A DNA stretch of 64,000 nt from a virus (taxonomy: Duplodnaviria; Heunggongvirae; Uroviricota; Caudoviricetes): IMG/VR virus record IMGVR_UViG_3300021310_000004; one strand, given 5' to 3'. This document shows positions 19,060-29,615 of the stretch, piece by piece; the stretch's first letter is position 1; every line of letters begins with the position of its first letter. Below the pieces are notes generated by a model. That model saw nothing but the letters and a program-made list of their open reading frames with translations. It searched no databases and was not told where the DNA came from. Made by a program: the position numbers and the translations under genes.

Positions 19060-19521
19060 TTACTGTAATAGTTCGGAAACATGATGTGCATCAACACCCA
19101 GCTCGGATGCACCAAGTACCAGTGAATACGTATCATCCATATAGTAGATGTCTTCGCTCTGTACTTCGTCAGCATATGCTTTTAAGATTTTAAGTTTATC
19201 TTCGTCTTTTGCTACGTAAAACTGATGCATCGATGGGAAATATTCCTTATAGTTATTCTCGATGAACTTTCTTTTGCTACGAATAGCATCCTCTAAGGAT
19301 TCTGTTGAGAGTACAAATAGCGTTACTCCCTGTGCCACAAAGGAATCTAACAATTCCTTCACACATTTTGGTGCTCTACAATCCCGGTACACATCATCCG
19401 ATTCACTTGTAACCTCGGCCCATTGTTCGGCCGAATATCCAGGTTTAATACAACCATCGACCGTAAATCTTGGAACCGACAAAACGCCGTCAATATCAAA
19501 GAACGCTGCTTTGTAATTCAT
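19060..19521 (-). CDS. HAD-superfamily hydrolase (nucleotidase-like)
   Basis: FFDIDGVL motif I. Confidence 0.5.
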   Translation of the reverse strand: MNYKAAFFDIDGVLSVPRFTVDGCIKPGYSAEQWAEVTSESDDVYRDCRAPKCVKELLDSFVAQGVTLFVLSTESLEDAIRSKRKFIENNYKEYFPSMHQFYVAKDEDKLKILKAYADEVQSEDIYYMDDTYSLVLGASELGVDAHHVSELLQ

Positions 19522-19535
19522 GTAGCACCTCCAAT

Positions 19536-20324
19536 CTACGGCCGCATATAGGACGGCATTAATCTAAGTTTATGTAGATTTGCACGATGCTTATGCTCGA
19601 TCAAATCAACTAGGTCCTCACTTATCGGGCATCTAGTTTCAGACTTAGCCTCGGATTCCTTCCAGATGATGTACGCATCTAGGTCATCATACGTGAATCC
19701 AAGATTGTCTTCATCGGTCTTTCCACACAGCCCGTCAGATGGGACCTTATGAACCAGATCCGCTGGAAGCTCAAGGTAATCACCAATGGCCCGGATGTCC
19801 GATACCAAAAAGTCCTGTAATACAGCAATATCACCTGCTGCATCGCCATACTTTGTGGAATATCCCACATAATCCTCGGACCGGTTGCAGGTATTTACTA
19901 CAAAGGCCGGAACATTAAAGCTCTGTGCTACTGCATACAATGTTGTCATACGGATACGAGGTGCAAGATTAATGATCTGCTGCTCGGTACGATTTACACC
20001 GGATACCTTTAGGGCCTTCTGGAAGGCCTTGTATGGGTCTAAAATGTTAACGGTAACACGTTCTATGCCTAACATATCACAAACTCGCATTGAATCGGAA
20101 ATATCACTTTGAATACCGTTCGGCATTAAAACACCAACTACACGTTCTTTTCCAATCGCTCTAACCAACAGAGCTGCAGCTACAGTCGAATCCTTACCAC
20201 CAGAGATGCCAATTACTGCCTTGGAATCCTCGGAGAACTGGTTGAACCAGTTCCTCAAGAAACCAATTAACTTCGGAGTTACATTTGTTACGTCGATACT
20301 CGTCATCACAAACCTCCTACTCAT
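19536..20324 (-). CDS. nadE: NH3-dependent NAD+ synthetase
   Basis: PP-loop GISGGKDSTVAAAL; family-typical length. Confidence 0.8.
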   Translation of the reverse strand: MSRRFVMTSIDVTNVTPKLIGFLRNWFNQFSEDSKAVIGISGGKDSTVAAALLVRAIGKERVVGVLMPNGIQSDISDSMRVCDMLGIERVTVNILDPYKAFQKALKVSGVNRTEQQIINLAPRIRMTTLYAVAQSFNVPAFVVNTCNRSEDYVGYSTKYGDAAGDIAVLQDFLVSDIRAIGDYLELPADLVHKVPSDGLCGKTDEDNLGFTYDDLDAYIIWKESEAKSETRCPISEDLVDLIEHKHRANLHKLRLMPSYMRP

Positions 20325-21525
20325 GATCCAAGCGCCACTTTAATGTACGCTGCAGATAATCTACATACTCAGCATCCTTGCACATGCACTTGCCCGGTGT
20401 ATCGCTGATTTTAGCTACCGGATGGCCATTACACTCGGTCGTCTTCATTACGATATTAAGTGCCGGTTCCTTCGTATCATTACTGATATAAGTTCCAATA
20501 CCAAATGCTACATTGATGCGGCTGTTGAAGTGATAGAACAATGCAGAAGCACGATCAAAATCCAAGCTATCACTGAACAATAAGGTCTTAGTCTTAGGAT
20601 CTACACCAAGAGCTTCGTAATGCTTAATCATCTTCTCGCCCCACTCATACGGATCACCAGAGTCGTGACGAACACCTGAGAATAAGGTCGCGAATGTAAG
20701 CTGAAAATCCTTTAAGAATACATCTGTGGTTACGGTATCGGTCAATGCGATACCATTCATAACACTGTACTCTTTAACCCATGCATCGAGTGCAAACCAG
20801 TTGGAGTATGCAGCATTGTGCTTATTATCACCCTGACCTACACACATGATATACTCATGAGCCATGGTTCCAACCGGTGTAATGCCGAACTTCTTTGCAA
20901 GGTACACATTGGACGTTCCAATGAAGTTAGAACTTACATTCTTGGTTGCTTCAATCAGTGCCTTAATAGCAAGTTCCTGTGCTTCTGCAGACAATCTACG
21001 ACGAAGTCCGAACTCAGAGAATGTACCAAGATACAAGGATTGAGCCTTCACGCGGTCACACTTTGCGGCCAAACGTTCCTTAAAGGAATCCAGCAGCTCA
21101 TCATAATCAAAGCCCATTCTAAAGTAGACCTCATTTACGATTGCAAGAGTTGGAATCTCATACATGGAACTGTTCAGCCAGGTACTCTTTGCCTCGATAG
21201 ACAAGCCACATTCTGCATCGGCACTAATCTCAAAATCCTCATATCGTGGATGCCACAAACGAAGATAATCGATGTAGTCCGGCTTCAGCCACTTGATCTT
21301 ACGCAGGTAACCCAATTCGTCCTCTGTGAACACGAGCGCACAATATGCACGAATCTGTTCCTTAATTTCCTCTACCATGTCCTTGGTAAAATGAACGTCC
21401 TTGTTACGGCACTTGAATGTCCAAGTGGTTGTGTATCCAGGGAACTGATGGTAAATTACCTGTCCCATGGAAAACTTGTATAAATCGGTTTCTAACAATG
21501 AATTGATAATCTGGTTACATTTCAT
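20317..21525 (-). CDS. pncB: nicotinate phosphoribosyltransferase
   Basis: colinear PncB motifs: LLETDLYKFSM, GIALTD, GVRHDSGDP, KTLLFSD, AFGIGT, ECNGHPVAKISDTPGK. Confidence 0.85.
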   Translation of the reverse strand: MKCNQIINSLLETDLYKFSMGQVIYHQFPGYTTTWTFKCRNKDVHFTKDMVEEIKEQIRAYCALVFTEDELGYLRKIKWLKPDYIDYLRLWHPRYEDFEISADAECGLSIEAKSTWLNSSMYEIPTLAIVNEVYFRMGFDYDELLDSFKERLAAKCDRVKAQSLYLGTFSEFGLRRRLSAEAQELAIKALIEATKNVSSNFIGTSNVYLAKKFGITPVGTMAHEYIMCVGQGDNKHNAAYSNWFALDAWVKEYSVMNGIALTDTVTTDVFLKDFQLTFATLFSGVRHDSGDPYEWGEKMIKHYEALGVDPKTKTLLFSDSLDFDRASALFYHFNSRINVAFGIGTYISNDTKEPALNIVMKTTECNGHPVAKISDTPGKCMCKDAEYVDYLQRTLKWRLDHE

Positions 21526-21581
21526 AATATTTATTCTCCTTTCTTATGTACCATTTTTATTTATCGATGTTAAATATGGTA

Positions 21582-22109
21582 CTATTTACGTCGGCGCCAA
21601 TTTTCATGTGCTTCTAAGAAATCCGGAGCAATCATATCGCGGTACTGATCCGTGTTCTCTCGAATCATGGTACCGGATACTTGAATCTTACTTCTATCCA
21701 ATAATACGAAGTTATGGTTCGGATAAACCTGCTGCAACTTCTCGATATAAGAGGCTTCGCCCGTGTACCAGGTATATTCTTTGGATTCGTCATTCGGATC
21801 TAGCCAAGCGTTACGAAAGAATTCTTTCCCCCAGATAGACCAAGCATCTACGGAAAATGTACCTGTTAATCCGATTTCATGATCGTCAACAATAGTAATA
21901 AAGACGTTCTTATCGTCATGATATCGTCTTAACATTAACTTCCATCGACCTTCAAACGGTAGGTACTCTTGTCCTCGGTCGCTATCATATCCGCATACAC
22001 CGATAACGATTCGATCATTCTCGTTCTTAGCTCTTTCAATCATTGATAAGTGGCCCTTGTGCAACGGGATAAAACACCCGAAGCACAGACCAATTCTTTC
22101 CTTACTCAT
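21582..22109 (-). CDS. nicotinamide/nicotinate-mononucleotide adenylyltransferase (NadM/NadR-type)
   Basis: GCFIPLHKGHL nucleotidyltransferase motif. Confidence 0.7.
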   Translation of the reverse strand: MSKERIGLCFGCFIPLHKGHLSMIERAKNENDRIVIGVCGYDSDRGQEYLPFEGRWKLMLRRYHDDKNVFITIVDDHEIGLTGTFSVDAWSIWGKEFFRNAWLDPNDESKEYTWYTGEASYIEKLQQVYPNHNFVLLDRSKIQVSGTMIRENTDQYRDMIAPDFLEAHENWRRRK

Positions 22110-22632
22110 TTACCACCTCAATATGACATGCCTTCATTGCCTGTAATGCCGTATTATGGCTCTCCTTGGTTACGCCGGCGCAACCTGCTGCATCTACGAT
22201 AATTCTCGTATTCGGTCTTGCTGCCTTGGCCAGCATGACATTGGAAATGACACAGATATCGGTACATACACCAACAAACTCGATAGACTCAAGTTCATAT
22301 GCGTAGTCAGCGAAGAAATCGCACAATTCCTTGGATCCGAATGTTTCCTTGTCAAACAAGTAATCTTCATCCACGTACGGCTTTAACTCATCAACGATCT
22401 CAAATCCTTCGCTTCCCTCAATACAATGCGGTACTGGAAGGTGCTGGCCTTCAATGGTATTCATGTAATCATCCTGGTGCATATCTCTTGTGAAGATAAT
22501 CAAATCTCCATCTTCAGTAGCCTGTTCCAGCTTCTTCTTAATGTACGGAATCACGGCAATCGCGTCCTCATTACGAAGCGCTCCGGTTGTGAAATCATTC
22601 TGCATATCAATTACTACTAACACTTTACTCAT
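22102..22632 (-). CDS. pncA: isochorismatase-family hydrolase, probable nicotinamidase
   Basis: VVIDMQNDF, catalytic Cys in VCTDICV; position within NAD salvage block. Confidence 0.65.
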   Translation of the reverse strand: MSKVLVVIDMQNDFTTGALRNEDAIAVIPYIKKKLEQATEDGDLIIFTRDMHQDDYMNTIEGQHLPVPHCIEGSEGFEIVDELKPYVDEDYLFDKETFGSKELCDFFADYAYELESIEFVGVCTDICVISNVMLAKAARPNTRIIVDAAGCAGVTKESHNTALQAMKACHIEVVNE

Positions 22633-22634
22633 CC

Positions 22635-23456
22635 CTAATTTCCTCCTACATATGTAAATTCAGTTGATTGTCTACCACTCGCCAAATCGGACTTTTTTAC
22701 GTTTCCGGTTTCGACGATTTTATGTTCTACGAGCCGCTTTAATGATGCCTTATAAATATCCTGGCCCATTACGGCCCGATATGTTGCTCGAAGTTCCGCC
22801 ATTGTAAATGTGGCCGGCACCAAACAGAACATGTTATCCGAATAATCAAATCCGGCTCGAAGCTTTTTCATCGCTTCAATTATTATTTCCACATGATCAA
22901 ACGCCAATTTCTCGTCCGATACTAATGTGGGAATGTAATTCTGGTACGTAAGTACGGAATTCTTAAACGACTTTTCCTTCAAACTGTACTTAATAGTGAC
23001 GTTCTTCTCATCGTTTCTTAAAATAAGCTCCGTATCTTTGAACACCAGATCAAACCATGCAGCATCTGCAGCATCGTCTTGACCAGTAACGTCTTCAAGA
23101 TTCGATACCAGTGCCATATAAGCGATACTCATTACCCACATACGAGGGTCACGTCCAGGTTTTGTGAATGTATAAATCTGATCCAAATAAGCTTTCTTTA
23201 AACCGGTTTCCTCATACAGCTCTCTTTGTGCCGCCTGAAACGCTGTTTCATTCTCTTCAATGAATCCGCCCGGTAGTGCCCAGCAATTCATATACGGGTG
23301 ATTTCCGCGTCTTATTAACAGGATTTTCAAATTGGTATAACCTGGAGCCATTCCAAGTACCAAGATATCTGTCGTTACGGATGGACGCTTATAATCGCCC
23401 GGATTATATTGCTCTAAAAACTCGGATTCTGTTAATCCATCTTTGTTACGAAGCAT
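22635..23456 (-). CDS. NUDIX hydrolase (ADP-ribose/NAD-metabolite pyrophosphatase-like)
   Basis: Nudix box GGFIEENETAFQAAQRELYEETG. Confidence 0.7.
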   Translation of the reverse strand: MLRNKDGLTESEFLEQYNPGDYKRPSVTTDILVLGMAPGYTNLKILLIRRGNHPYMNCWALPGGFIEENETAFQAAQRELYEETGLKKAYLDQIYTFTKPGRDPRMWVMSIAYMALVSNLEDVTGQDDAADAAWFDLVFKDTELILRNDEKNVTIKYSLKEKSFKNSVLTYQNYIPTLVSDEKLAFDHVEIIIEAMKKLRAGFDYSDNMFCLVPATFTMAELRATYRAVMGQDIYKASLKRLVEHKIVETGNVKKSDLASGRQSTEFTYVGGN

Positions 23457-23543
23457 ACGTTCCCTCCTTACTATTTAGTTAAGTATCAATCTGTTACTTA
23501 TCTTTATGTATAATATACCCCTAATTAAGTATCAAGTCAATAC

Positions 23544-24146
23544 TTAATTTTCAGTGAGTTTTTCATCATAATCGTCCAGCCATTCAATTATACTATCAGC
23601 AGCTTTATATAAATCGAATGCTCTTTTCTCCTTTTTCTTTTCTTCCGACATATCGTCTTTAAAATTATCGCAATACACTAAACTGTAACACGCTTTCAGT
23701 TCAGGAAAGATCTCATTTACACGAACACCATGCCGTACATCCTTAAAAACATTCGATTTTAGAAACTCCGTCATATCGTCCATGGTATGTATTCCGTTCT
23801 CTTCGAGTTCGTCCTTAGATAATGGAATGTACACAGCTGCTCTAAGAATACTTAGTATGATTATATGTTTTTTCACAAAATCAATAATACATATCAAAAC
23901 AACAAACAGCCAAGCAATCGCCAAATCGACACAAAGTCCTGCGATAATATAGTCCACAAAACTCGGTTTATGAACCGACATATTAAAAAGTTTGGATACA
24001 ACTGAGGAAAAAATGAAATATCCTAATCTACCTGACAACGGCAGGGTGAATATCATTGCTGCGACTACAATTACGGTAATTGCGCTCGATATACTATCGA
24101 GTCTCATGATATATTTCCAAATACTTGTTTTCTTCTTTAAGTTCAT
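23544..24146 (-). CDS. membrane protein (hypothetical), start refined to MNLKKK
   Basis: AAAAGGAG RBS; TM helices; class A motif just upstream. Confidence 0.45.
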   Translation of the reverse strand: MNLKKKTSIWKYIMRLDSISSAITVIVVAAMIFTLPLSGRLGYFIFSSVVSKLFNMSVHKPSFVDYIIAGLCVDLAIAWLFVVLICIIDFVKKHIIILSILRAAVYIPLSKDELEENGIHTMDDMTEFLKSNVFKDVRHGVRVNEIFPELKACYSLVYCDNFKDDMSEEKKKEKRAFDLYKAADSIIEWLDDYDEKLTEN

Positions 24147-24183
24147 AATCGATTTGCTCCTTTTTAATCTTATGTTTGCAATA

Positions 24184-24224
24184 ATAATACGTATCATTGT
24201 TCCTGGTTATGTGACAAAAAAAGA
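24184..24224 (-). promoter_or_regulatory. class A bipartite motif
   Basis: TAATACGTATCATTG-N9-TTATGTGACAAAAA. Confidence 0.45.
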
Positions 24225-24256
24225 GCCGAAATCTTCGACTCTCTTTTTATTCGTAA

Positions 24257-25465
24257 TTATGCGGCCTTTTCAAGCTTTGCTCTTTCTTTCATTTCCTTTT
24301 GGAATGCACGATATCGCATTGTAAATGCATATGCCGGCCCGAAAACGAATCTCATTGCTTTGTACATCTGCGGCTCGCAAAGAGAAGCATAATTAAGCTC
24401 TGCATTGATATCCTGTCCAAATGGGCATCCGAGGCATCCAGTACGTGGCAGATAATCGTACAATTTTGAGTGGTTTATACCACAATACTTGTCGTATTCC
24501 TTCTTATCTGCATCCAAGTACCAAAATACCGGTCGATACTCATCGTACGGATGAGAAGATGCATCATTAAAGCAAGACTTATATGCGGCAGCTCTAACTC
24601 CGCCCTCACTTTTACGAACACCCTGGATAGATAACTGCGGGTTTAATGCCTCTGTTACTTCTTTGATAGTGTCTTTTTTAGATAATTTACAACACTTATT
24701 GGCAACTCGGAACGGAACCCCGCCTTCCTCAATTAAGAACTCTTTTAACCAAGTATTGTGGTTAATGTTGAACATGGAATCATCAGTTTCTGACTTCTTA
24801 TTGCACCACCATTCTAGGGCAGATACACATCCTTTGTACCATCCGGAACCAATCTTCTTGTACTTACCGTTGTCCCGAATGCCTAATTCGATTTCTTCGG
24901 CTGAACGCTCGTCTAGCTTATTGCAATACTTCTCGCAAAGAGCTTCCAGATCATCTGTATCATCGTATTCGAATCCATATTTTTGCAATCGCATTAAGAA
25001 TTCGGATACCTGTTTCGAGAGAAATGGAATTCCTTCTTTACGTACGGCAAGTGGAATTGGCGTTTTGGCCTTAAATCGGTGAATCTTAACCTGGTACTTA
25101 AGCTGCAGGTAGTCAATATGTTCCTTTGTGTACTTGGATTCTAGTCTGGTATCAATAAAGAAATAGAATACTTTGCGATCCGGATCACATCGTCTTAACA
25201 AATCAAGAACGATGTCAGAATCAGATCCTCCGGAAATGGAACAGCAAATTCGACCGGATTCATACAGTCTAGAGTTAATCTTGGACCAGCACTTGGATGC
25301 GTTTGTAATAACCGTATCGTTTGCCGGAAGCGTCTCAAAAACGTCCATCATTCCACGTTCTTTATTGTTGAGCAAATTGTGTAGTTCCCATTCTGCACGA
25401 GTAGGAACGTTAAAATTAAGATGTTTTTTAGCGTAATAGTAAGTAGCATTGAATGTACGAGCCAA
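24257..25465 (-). CDS. PP-loop ATP pyrophosphatase, PAPS-reductase family protein (long form)
   Basis: SISGGSDSD PP-loop; C-terminal CLGCPFG cysteines. Confidence 0.6.
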   Translation of the reverse strand: MARTFNATYYYAKKHLNFNVPTRAEWELHNLLNNKERGMMDVFETLPANDTVITNASKCWSKINSRLYESGRICCSISGGSDSDIVLDLLRRCDPDRKVFYFFIDTRLESKYTKEHIDYLQLKYQVKIHRFKAKTPIPLAVRKEGIPFLSKQVSEFLMRLQKYGFEYDDTDDLEALCEKYCNKLDERSAEEIELGIRDNGKYKKIGSGWYKGCVSALEWWCNKKSETDDSMFNINHNTWLKEFLIEEGGVPFRVANKCCKLSKKDTIKEVTEALNPQLSIQGVRKSEGGVRAAAYKSCFNDASSHPYDEYRPVFWYLDADKKEYDKYCGINHSKLYDYLPRTGCLGCPFGQDINAELNYASLCEPQMYKAMRFVFGPAYAFTMRYRAFQKEMKERAKLEKAA

Positions 25466-25566
25466 CGGTCGTCATTCAATCGCATGTATAGAAGCGCGGA
25501 CGCTAGGCTTCTCAACAAGTTCTTACGTCCTTAATGCTTACTATTCCTCACCTTATGCAATCTATC

Positions 25567-25935
25567 CTATACGGCGATTGCTACCTCCTTGTTACCATAT
25601 TTTAACATCTTAATTTTGGCACGAACTGCCCTCAACTCCACAACAAGCTTCTGTCGTCTCTGTCGGTCCATTCTAAGTGATTCCTGATCGAATCCGATTC
25701 CGGAACCATCAAGCTCGATTTCAATGATGGTATCGTAATCAGCGATACTTTCTACCAGCTCATCTTCAAGCTCTCTTAAATCATAAAGATCCATATTTTC
25801 GATATCATTCTCCTGATCCGAAACACACTTGTAATCCTCTCCGAGCGGAATCATATGATCACTGTCTGTTTCGACAAATGGAACGAATACCGGCTTCTTC
25901 TGAAGCACTCTTCTGTTCTTTGATTTACGTCTCAT
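25567..25935 (-). CDS. acidic hypothetical protein
   Basis: ORF; conserved class B upstream block. Confidence 0.45.
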   Translation of the reverse strand: MRRKSKNRRVLQKKPVFVPFVETDSDHMIPLGEDYKCVSDQENDIENMDLYDLRELEDELVESIADYDTIIEIELDGSGIGFDQESLRMDRQRRQKLVVELRAVRAKIKMLKYGNKEVAIAV

Positions 25936-25964
25936 TTTATTCTCCTTTCATTGACGCATATTAA

Positions 25965-25982
25965 GTTACGAATTAAATATGG
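25965..25982 (-). promoter_or_regulatory. class B motif (minus-sense CCATATTTAATTCGTAAC)
   Basis: followed 18 nt later by GCGTCAATGAAAGGAGAATA-ATG. Confidence 0.5.
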
Positions 25983-26044
25983 CTTACAGATTCACATGCA
26001 AAAAAAATAGAGTCCAGTTTATGTGGACTCTATTTCTTGTTTTA

Positions 26045-26764
26045 CTACACGCTCAATAAAGCATTTACTAGATTTGCATGCACATTCGTTTCAATGTTTG
26101 CAACTTCATTCGGATCAACAATATAGCATCCGAACTCGCTGTTTACGACGTACATTCCAATCAAATGAACAGCATTGTCGATTGTAAAATCGGCCTGAAT
26201 TAACACAAAATTGCCTCCATACTGGGCCATAAACTTTCTCTTAATACTGGACAGTATAACAGCCTTTGGTTTGTACTCATAGACATGACATAATGCAGCG
26301 TCAACAAAGTCATTAAACGTGTAGGTTTCAATGTCATAAAGACCATCGAACGGTTTCGTGTAAATGACTTCATTTTCGTACATAACGCCGATACGATTGA
26401 AAAACAAGTCAATGAATACCTGAACTTCTCCATCCTCTCCGTCACTGGTGTAGCAAAGTGGCATAACGTGTTTCATTTCTAAGCCGGAACCGAGCTCATT
26501 CTCCTCATAGAAGGTCTGGAGTTTATCGCGAATACTTTCGGACTTCCAAAGCGGACCATAAAATGCTGCGCCATGTCCGTGCAACCCTACATCATTTCTT
26601 ATTAATGCAGTACGGTCCAGATCTGGGAAATATGCCTTTGCGTAATAATCCTCTAACTGTTTTCCATCAATAACCGAATCTTCGAATGCAATGATTGTGC
26701 CAATAGACTCGTAATCAGTTGCTTTGTTTAACATGAATACCTTTTGTCCAATTACATATTCCAT
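26045..26764 (-). CDS. hypothetical protein
   Basis: ORF. Confidence 0.45.
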   Translation of the reverse strand: MEYVIGQKVFMLNKATDYESIGTIIAFEDSVIDGKQLEDYYAKAYFPDLDRTALIRNDVGLHGHGAAFYGPLWKSESIRDKLQTFYEENELGSGLEMKHVMPLCYTSDGEDGEVQVFIDLFFNRIGVMYENEVIYTKPFDGLYDIETYTFNDFVDAALCHVYEYKPKAVILSSIKRKFMAQYGGNFVLIQADFTIDNAVHLIGMYVVNSEFGCYIVDPNEVANIETNVHANLVNALLSV

Positions 26765-26870
26765 AACTTATCTCCTTTCATATATGGACTCTTTAGTTTC
26801 GTTATTAAATATGTTCAAAGATCCAGGTAATAAAAAAAAGAACGCCCCTAGGACGCTCTTTTATGGTTTG

Positions 26871-27272
26871 TTACCAGAAGACAGCGGACTTTAGATACTC
26901 TGTTATGTTTTCATCTTTTGGAACAGCATATACAAAATCAGGATGTGGGTATTGTTCTTTTAGAGCGTTGTATACATCTTCATCGTACTCGACAAAAATG
27001 TATTCATAAGAAAAGACATCTGTCTCTTCGCTCAAGCTTTTCGTCTCCTCCAAAATATGCTTTACATACTCGTTTCGCCATCCAGTACCATAGTCATAGT
27101 CCTTTTGCGAGCTAAGAACACAGAACCGCACGTCATTAATGCCATCAATATCTGCCGCCACACGATCCTGGCAATTCGGAATACACACAATAATGGGTGT
27201 GTCGCCATATATCATGCTAATTTCCTTTAGAATACTAATGTTCATTTCTTCTCCCACCAGAAATAACGACAT
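26871..27272 (-). CDS. hypothetical protein
   Basis: ORF, ATGA-coupled to upstream gene. Confidence 0.4.
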   Translation of the reverse strand: MSLFLVGEEMNISILKEISMIYGDTPIIVCIPNCQDRVAADIDGINDVRFCVLSSQKDYDYGTGWRNEYVKHILEETKSLSEETDVFSYEYIFVEYDEDVYNALKEQYPHPDFVYAVPKDENITEYLKSAVFW

Positions 27273-27811
27273 TATCGATCACACCACCTTTCCGCAGCTT
27301 CAACAACGGTCTTCATTTCTTCGTCCGTAAGTGGAATAAGATCACAAATGACGGTACTAAGGGAATCTACACTCCCAACACGGAACAATAAGATTGAGGC
27401 CAAGCTGTTTTTGCTCGAAAAATACGTTACTGCTACAATCTGATCTTTTTCGATTACCGGAGCTTGCGCATTATTAATCAGTTCAAGAATATCACTCATT
27501 CCAAAACTAGCACTAATACAACAGCTGCTACCATGAATACGCCATTTACCGGATTCCCAAGACAATGTGCCATATTTTACGGATTCCTTTCCGCGCCAGT
27601 TATACTTAACGCTAACGGTCTTAAACTCCTTATAGTCGCTAAATTCCTGCGGCAAATCCGCATCTGCGCTTAATACCGGAATCTCATGTGAGTTGCAAAT
27701 ATATGCCCATCCCTGGCGTCCTCCGATGTTGTTGTGGCCGGCACGAGTAGTAATGTCCCACCGTTTACTCGCCCTTGTTAGTCCCAGTCGTGATTCTAAT
27801 GTTTCTTGCAT
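27272..27811 (-). CDS. hypothetical protein
   Basis: ORF. Confidence 0.45.
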   Translation of the reverse strand: MQETLESRLGLTRASKRWDITTRAGHNNIGGRQGWAYICNSHEIPVLSADADLPQEFSDYKEFKTVSVKYNWRGKESVKYGTLSWESGKWRIHGSSCCISASFGMSDILELINNAQAPVIEKDQIVAVTYFSSKNSLASILLFRVGSVDSLSTVICDLIPLTDEEMKTVVEAAERWCDR

Positions 27812-27909
27812 TGTTTTATTCTCCTTTCATGTGGGTCTAATGATTACATTTATAAATATGGGTAAAAAAAAGAGACCAAATATGGCCTCTTCTTTTTTGC
27901 ACGGTAAAA

Positions 27910-28476
27910 TCAGTTCCAGCAACTACGTTCGTATTGCTCCTGCCAGTAATGTGCATCGTCCTCAGAAAGACGAGCGTCATTTTTCGCAACATCACGCTCA
28001 ATCATAAGATCTTCAATTCGTTGCTGCTTACTTTGAACTGCTTTACGAAGCTTCTTAACTTCTTCTATAAGCTCAACCTGATCTTCAACGGACAAATTCT
28101 CCTGGCCTAAAATGTAGCCGCCATTCTTACGAATCGATGGGAGAACGACGGAGGTAACCCATTTGCGGAACTCATTGGCCTCTTTCTTTTTGCTTTTGAA
28201 GATCGCATGGTAGAGGCCAGATTCTGAAACAAGTGACATTTTCTGCACTCCGCCTTTAGGGAGGTGCACGCTATGCACCCCCTTCTCATCGTCACACAAA
28301 ATACGGTTTAAACCAGCAGTATATGCGCGTCCGTCTGGTTTCTTATAATCAAGAGATATTGCCACATCTCCAGCAAGGAACCATATATCCCCTGTTTCTT
28401 TGTCCACGTACGCTGTGAGTTCGCCAAGTGGTCCATTAAATTTCTGAGCTACAAATGCATTTGATATTTCGTTCAT
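27910..28476 (-). CDS. Bro-N domain protein (phage antirepressor-like) with coiled-coil C-terminus
   Basis: EFRKWVTSVVLPSIRKNGGYI Bro-N signature; TGAAAGGAG RBS. Confidence 0.55.
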   Translation of the reverse strand: MNEISNAFVAQKFNGPLGELTAYVDKETGDIWFLAGDVAISLDYKKPDGRAYTAGLNRILCDDEKGVHSVHLPKGGVQKMSLVSESGLYHAIFKSKKKEANEFRKWVTSVVLPSIRKNGGYILGQENLSVEDQVELIEEVKKLRKAVQSKQQRIEDLMIERDVAKNDARLSEDDAHYWQEQYERSCWN

Positions 28477-28562
28477 AATTGATTCACTCCTTTCATGAAC
28501 AGATATAATTGTTAACATCTTAAATATGGAACCAATCTAAATACGCAAAAAAGAAGAGGCGC

Positions 28563-29066
28563 CTAAGCATCCTCTTCTATCAATTCCCAATCATTTCGTT
28601 CGAAGTCATGAATTCTGGCCAGCCCAATCAAATATGCCTCCGCTTCGTCTTCCTGCACTTCACGGCCCAATATATCAGACACCTTTTTAATAGCCCATGC
28701 CTTGCATTCGTCTCGCTTTGTAGGGACAGCTTCATCTAGCTCTGCAGCTAAGTGTCTCCAGATTGTTGGCCGGTATGTAACGAACTCTGCCCCGGTTGCA
28801 ATACACCAGCCCCGGACCATACCAAGAATCTCAGACAAGATCCGCTGCGTGTGTGCATTTCTATCTACGACCGTCAGCTCGATTACCACAATATCCGGCT
28901 TTTCTTTCGTTAACATGGTTCCTAGCAAACGGCACATTTCATCGATACGATCCTCTTTGTCCTTTTCAACCGGAACTAAATGGCCGCCGCGTTTATAAAT
29001 CGCATCTTCCCAGGTAGCATAACCGCTGCACGTTGAAGACGAATCAATACTAATCATTTTCGTCAT
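28563..29066 (-). CDS. RuvC-like Holliday junction resolvase
   Basis: MISIDSSSTCSGYA (RuvC motif I-like), acidic residues in the ELTVVD and IHDFE positions. Confidence 0.5.
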   Translation of the reverse strand: MTKMISIDSSSTCSGYATWEDAIYKRGGHLVPVEKDKEDRIDEMCRLLGTMLTKEKPDIVVIELTVVDRNAHTQRILSEILGMVRGWCIATGAEFVTYRPTIWRHLAAELDEAVPTKRDECKAWAIKKVSDILGREVQEDEAEAYLIGLARIHDFERNDWELIEEDA

Positions 29067-29081
29067 GTTGATTACCTCTTA

Positions 29082-29615
29082 TTACGCAACAACCTTTTTT
29101 GCAGAAATGAAAATGTAACGTTCATCAAACCACGGTCTTTTTAAGATCTCTTTAATCGCCATTCCTCTTTCGTGCGATGGCAATTCCCCATTTTCAACTG
29201 CAATTTCACGAGCAGGATAAAACGTTCTTTCACGCTCGAGCCACTTATCATAAACCTTCAGTTCCATAGCCTGCTTATGATGTCTATTTCGAACGGTATC
29301 TTTTGCATTGTCGCTCATGGTACCAACATAAAGATTGCTGATATCGTTATTATCCTTATTGTCATCGATATGGCATATCATATGGCCATCTGGAACAGGC
29401 TCCTTACCCCATGCATCGTACACCATTGTGTGAACGCGAACATGGTGCCGGCCGCCATTCTCTCTTACGAAAATTCTGTGATACCCCTTACGGTCAATCT
29501 CATGTTTCATCCACATATTCTTCCATGTAGACCACACGTCACCCTTTCTACTAACCCAGTAATGTGGGTTTCGTGTCTGTCTTACTTCAATACCATCAAC
29601 AATCATTGTATCCAT
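29082..29615 (-). CDS. HNH homing endonuclease (NUMOD4-like N-terminus)
   Basis: YWVSRKGDVWS..., H-rich core HVRVHTMVYDAWG...CHIDDNKDNN. Confidence 0.55.
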   Translation of the reverse strand: MDTMIVDGIEVRQTRNPHYWVSRKGDVWSTWKNMWMKHEIDRKGYHRIFVRENGGRHHVRVHTMVYDAWGKEPVPDGHMICHIDDNKDNNDISNLYVGTMSDNAKDTVRNRHHKQAMELKVYDKWLERERTFYPAREIAVENGELPSHERGMAIKEILKRPWFDERYIFISAKKVVA

